Below the pieces are notes generated by a model. That model saw only the letters and a list, made by a program, of their open reading frames with translations. It was not told the origin of the DNA and did not search any database. Positions 61,965-64,000 of a stretch of 64,000 nt of DNA are shown piece after piece; the stretch's first letter is position 1; every line of letters begins with the position of its first letter. Position numbers and translations under genes: made by a program. The stretch comes from Aestuariivirga sp. (GTDB lineage Bacteria; Pseudomonadota; Alphaproteobacteria; Rhizobiales; Aestuariivirgaceae): the NCBI RefSeq assembly GCF_020252405.1, contig NZ_JADCDA010000008.1, forward strand, positions 74,577 to 138,576. The letters are read 5' to 3'.

Positions 61965-63193
61965 CAGGCCTTCTCCTTGAACAGCACATTGCGGTTGATG
62001 ATGAAATTGTCGAACAGCGGCAGGCTTGCAGCTCCCAGCGCGCGGGCATCCGCGCCGACCGTGCCTTGGAGCACCGGGAATTCGGCTAGTCCCTTATGGT
62101 CGACGCGGGTCAGAGCCTTCTGCACCTCGTCCACGAAGCGGGTCCGCACGCGGAGCGGCACTGCGCCGTCGATGACGATGGCTGAACAGTCGAGCACCGC
62201 CATCACGCCGACCGCGGCGGCGGCCACGTCAAGCGCTGCGCGGGTGAGCCAACGGTCAAGCGCGGGGCCCGCCCCCTTCCAATCCCCAAGGTCGCGCCAC
62301 AGGAGTTCCGGGTCACCGCCATCGCGATGGATGTCACGCTCAAGGGCGGCAAGCGAGGTCGAGTGCACCAGCTGCGCCGATTGGCCCCGTTCGGACGTTA
62401 TCGGGAATGACGCGAGCGCCCCGGCATTGCCATGCCGACCAAGATAGAGGCTGCCATTCAGCACCACGCCGCCGCCGATGAAATAACCCAGGTAGAAATA
62501 GGCGAAATCCTGCAAGTCACGGCCTCTGCCGAAGAGCAGCTCCGCCGCGCAGGCGGCAGAGGCATCGTTGCAGAAGTGGATGGGCCAGGAGAACAGCTTG
62601 GCGATCTCCGCCTGCAGGTCCAAGCCCTTCCATGCCATCAGCACGTCGGACGGCGCACCGACATCCTCCGCCCAGTTCCACAGCTCAAAAGGGGCGGCAA
62701 TGCCCATGCCGCTGATGCGCCCGCGCTGCTCCCGGTCGAGTCCGGACACGAGTTCTTCAACCCCTGATTTCACGAAGCCCATCAGTTCGGCCGGCGATGG
62801 GAAGGTATAGGGGCGATGGATGGTGTGGCGAACACGGCCGGCCAGGTCGAGCAGCATGAGGTCGCCAGACCGCCGCCCCACCTTCAGGCCGATGGAAAAG
62901 GCGCCGTTTGAATCCAGTTCGAAGGGCACCAGCGGCTGGCCCACCTTGCCGCGCTGCGGCGTGCGGCGCCGCAGCAACCCGTCCGCCTCCAGCTGCCGCA
63001 CGATCACCGACACCGTCTGGGCCGAAAGCCCTGTCAGCCGCGCCATTTCCGCCTTGGGCAGCTGGCCGTGCAGCCGGACGAGGGAGAGGATCAACCGCTC
63101 GTTGTAGAGCCTCGCACCGCGCTGTGTCGTACCCCGCGTCAGCGGCGTTCCCTCCAGGCTATGCCTTCCCGGGGTGCCCCAATCTGCTGCCAC
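61964..63193 (-). CDS. frcR: ROK-family transcriptional repressor (FrcR-like)
   Basis: N-terminal wHTH NERLILSL..AEMARLTGLSAQTVS, RGKVGQP, NDASAACAAE, GYFIGGGVV; start uncertain. Confidence 0.85.
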   Translation of the reverse strand: MAADWGTPGRHSLEGTPLTRGTTQRGARLYNERLILSLVRLHGQLPKAEMARLTGLSAQTVSVIVRQLEADGLLRRRTPQRGKVGQPLVPFELDSNGAFSIGLKVGRRSGDLMLLDLAGRVRHTIHRPYTFPSPAELMGFVKSGVEELVSGLDREQRGRISGMGIAAPFELWNWAEDVGAPSDVLMAWKGLDLQAEIAKLFSWPIHFCNDASAACAAELLFGRGRDLQDFAYFYLGYFIGGGVVLNGSLYLGRHGNAGALASFPITSERGQSAQLVHSTSLAALERDIHRDGGDPELLWRDLGDWKGAGPALDRWLTRAALDVAAAAVGVMAVLDCSAIVIDGAVPLRVRTRFVDEVQKALTRVDHKGLAEFPVLQGTVGADARALGAASLPLFDNFIINRNVLFKEKA

Positions 63194-63226
63194 GGTAGAT
63201 TTTTCCGCTCCGTCCGTCGATCTGGG

Positions 63227-63341
63227 CTAGCACATGCTCCGTTCAAGCGGAATCGCTTCAACGAAAAAACATGAGCGAAGTCAATAGCTTGAGCATGATA
63301 TCTTCGCAGAATCGGTTCCACTTTTGCGGATCATGCGCGAG
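63227..63341. repeat. RIME/Bru-RS-like palindromic element, copy 4
   Basis: ctagcacatg..., hairpin cgttcaagcg-gaat-cgcttcaacg, linker, gagcatgat...ggttccacttttgcggatcatg (shared with copy 1). Confidence 0.82.
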
Positions 63342-63536
63342 TAAGATTTCCAGCAATGGAACCTGGAGTCAATGGATAAGTCACGCAGCTTTATTTATTG
63401 ACTCATACCCCGTCTTGCACTCTTATACCTTGAGGATCGGTTAGGGAGACCATTCCCAGTGCCGGACCTGACCTAAGAACCCAGTCGTCAGTTCAGAGGC
63501 CCCGATCAGGGGCACGCATAAATGGGAGGATCCAAC

Positions 63537-64000
63537 GTGAAGTCGTCATTGAAAGTCATTCTCTTGGGCGCCGCTGCCACGGCGCTGTTCAGCGCCGGGG
63601 AGGCTCACGCCGGAGTCGGTGCCTGCCTTATCACGAAGACCGAGACCAATCCGTTTTTCGTCAAGATGCGTGAGGGCGCCACGGCCAAGGCCGCGGAGCT
63701 GGGCATCAATCTCAAGACCTATGCCGGCAAGGACGATGGCGACAATGAAGGCCAGGTCGCGGCGATCGAAACCTGCATGGCCGATGGGGCGAAGGGCATC
63801 CTGATCACTCCGTCCGACACCAGGGCCATCGTGCCATCGATCAAGAAGGCGCGTGACGCCGGTATCTTGGTGATCGCTCTTGACACGCCGCTTGAGCCGA
63901 TTGACGCCGCTGACCAGACCATGGCGACAGACAACTTCCAGGCTGGTTTCCTCATCGGCGCCTATGCCAAGGCCAAGCTCGGCGATGCCGCGAAGGATGC
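63537..64000 (+). CDS. frcB: Sugar ABC transporter substrate-binding protein FrcB-like, 3'-partial
   Basis: Not in the ORF track. GTG at 63537 after SD GGGAGGA; signal peptide then [20 protein letters not shown]...[15 protein letters not shown]...ALDTPLEP...ATDNF. Confidence 0.88.
   Translation, partial: MKSSLKVILLGAAATALFSAGEAHAGVGACLITKTETNPFFVKMREGATAKAAELGINLKTYAGKDDGDNEGQVAAIETCMADGAKGILITPSDTRAIVPSIKKARDAGILVIALDTPLEPIDAADQTMATDNFQAGFLIGAYAKAKLGDAAKD

Noticed and set aside
1807-63341. Repeats as a CRISPR array
   Set aside because: Copies are kilobases apart, not tandem with spacers, and there are no cas genes.
63430-63536. Structured frcB leader as a riboswitch
   Set aside because: Only short hairpins (for example gcccc-gatca-ggggc); no aptamer class recognised.

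Overview
A high-GC alphaproteobacterial (Hyphomicrobiales/Rhizobiales-type) chromosomal window that spans the replication origin and is almost entirely housekeeping genes. Order: htpX (5'-partial), rsmB, purH; the parB-parA-rsmG-mnmG-mnmE-rho-hemJ-hemE cluster with two parS sites; oriC between hemE and the DUF299 (PDRP) gene, with DnaA boxes, a perfect CtrA box and a GANTC site; maf-aroE-coaE-dnaQ; secB; tim44-mltA-smr-XRE; hslUV; hisB-DUF2628-hisHAFE-coaA; a PfkB kinase; EI24; nth; DUF2244; ada/ogt; irr; fabABI; moeB-dut-coaBC-ubiB-ubiE; murJ-glnD-mutS; maeB; olsB; a hybrid histidine kinase; comM/yifB; corC-ybeY-phoH-miaB-olsA; a tsaB-rimI fusion; nifU; trpS; mutM; an enoyl-CoA hydratase; and the start of an frc-type sugar ABC locus. 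I found no rRNA, tRNA, CRISPR array, transposase, prophage or defence system, and no evidence of a large undescribed multi-gene system. The items most worth a second look are small-scale or architectural: (1) an in-frame TsaB-RimI fusion; (2) a ~21 kb block that looks like a circularly permuted copy of the usual rhizobial corC...trpS-murJ...olsB cluster, placed between ubiE and mutM; (3) a strong orphan sigma70 promoter followed by a structured, anti-Shine-Dalgarno-looped non-coding region (candidate sRNA); (4) a near-perfect Irr/ICE box in front of the NifU-family gene; (5) five dispersed ~105-115 bp RIME/Bru-RS-like palindromic elements. Start codons were adjusted by eye from the ORF track. 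Gene-order comparisons rest on my recollection of rhizobial synteny and need to be verified.
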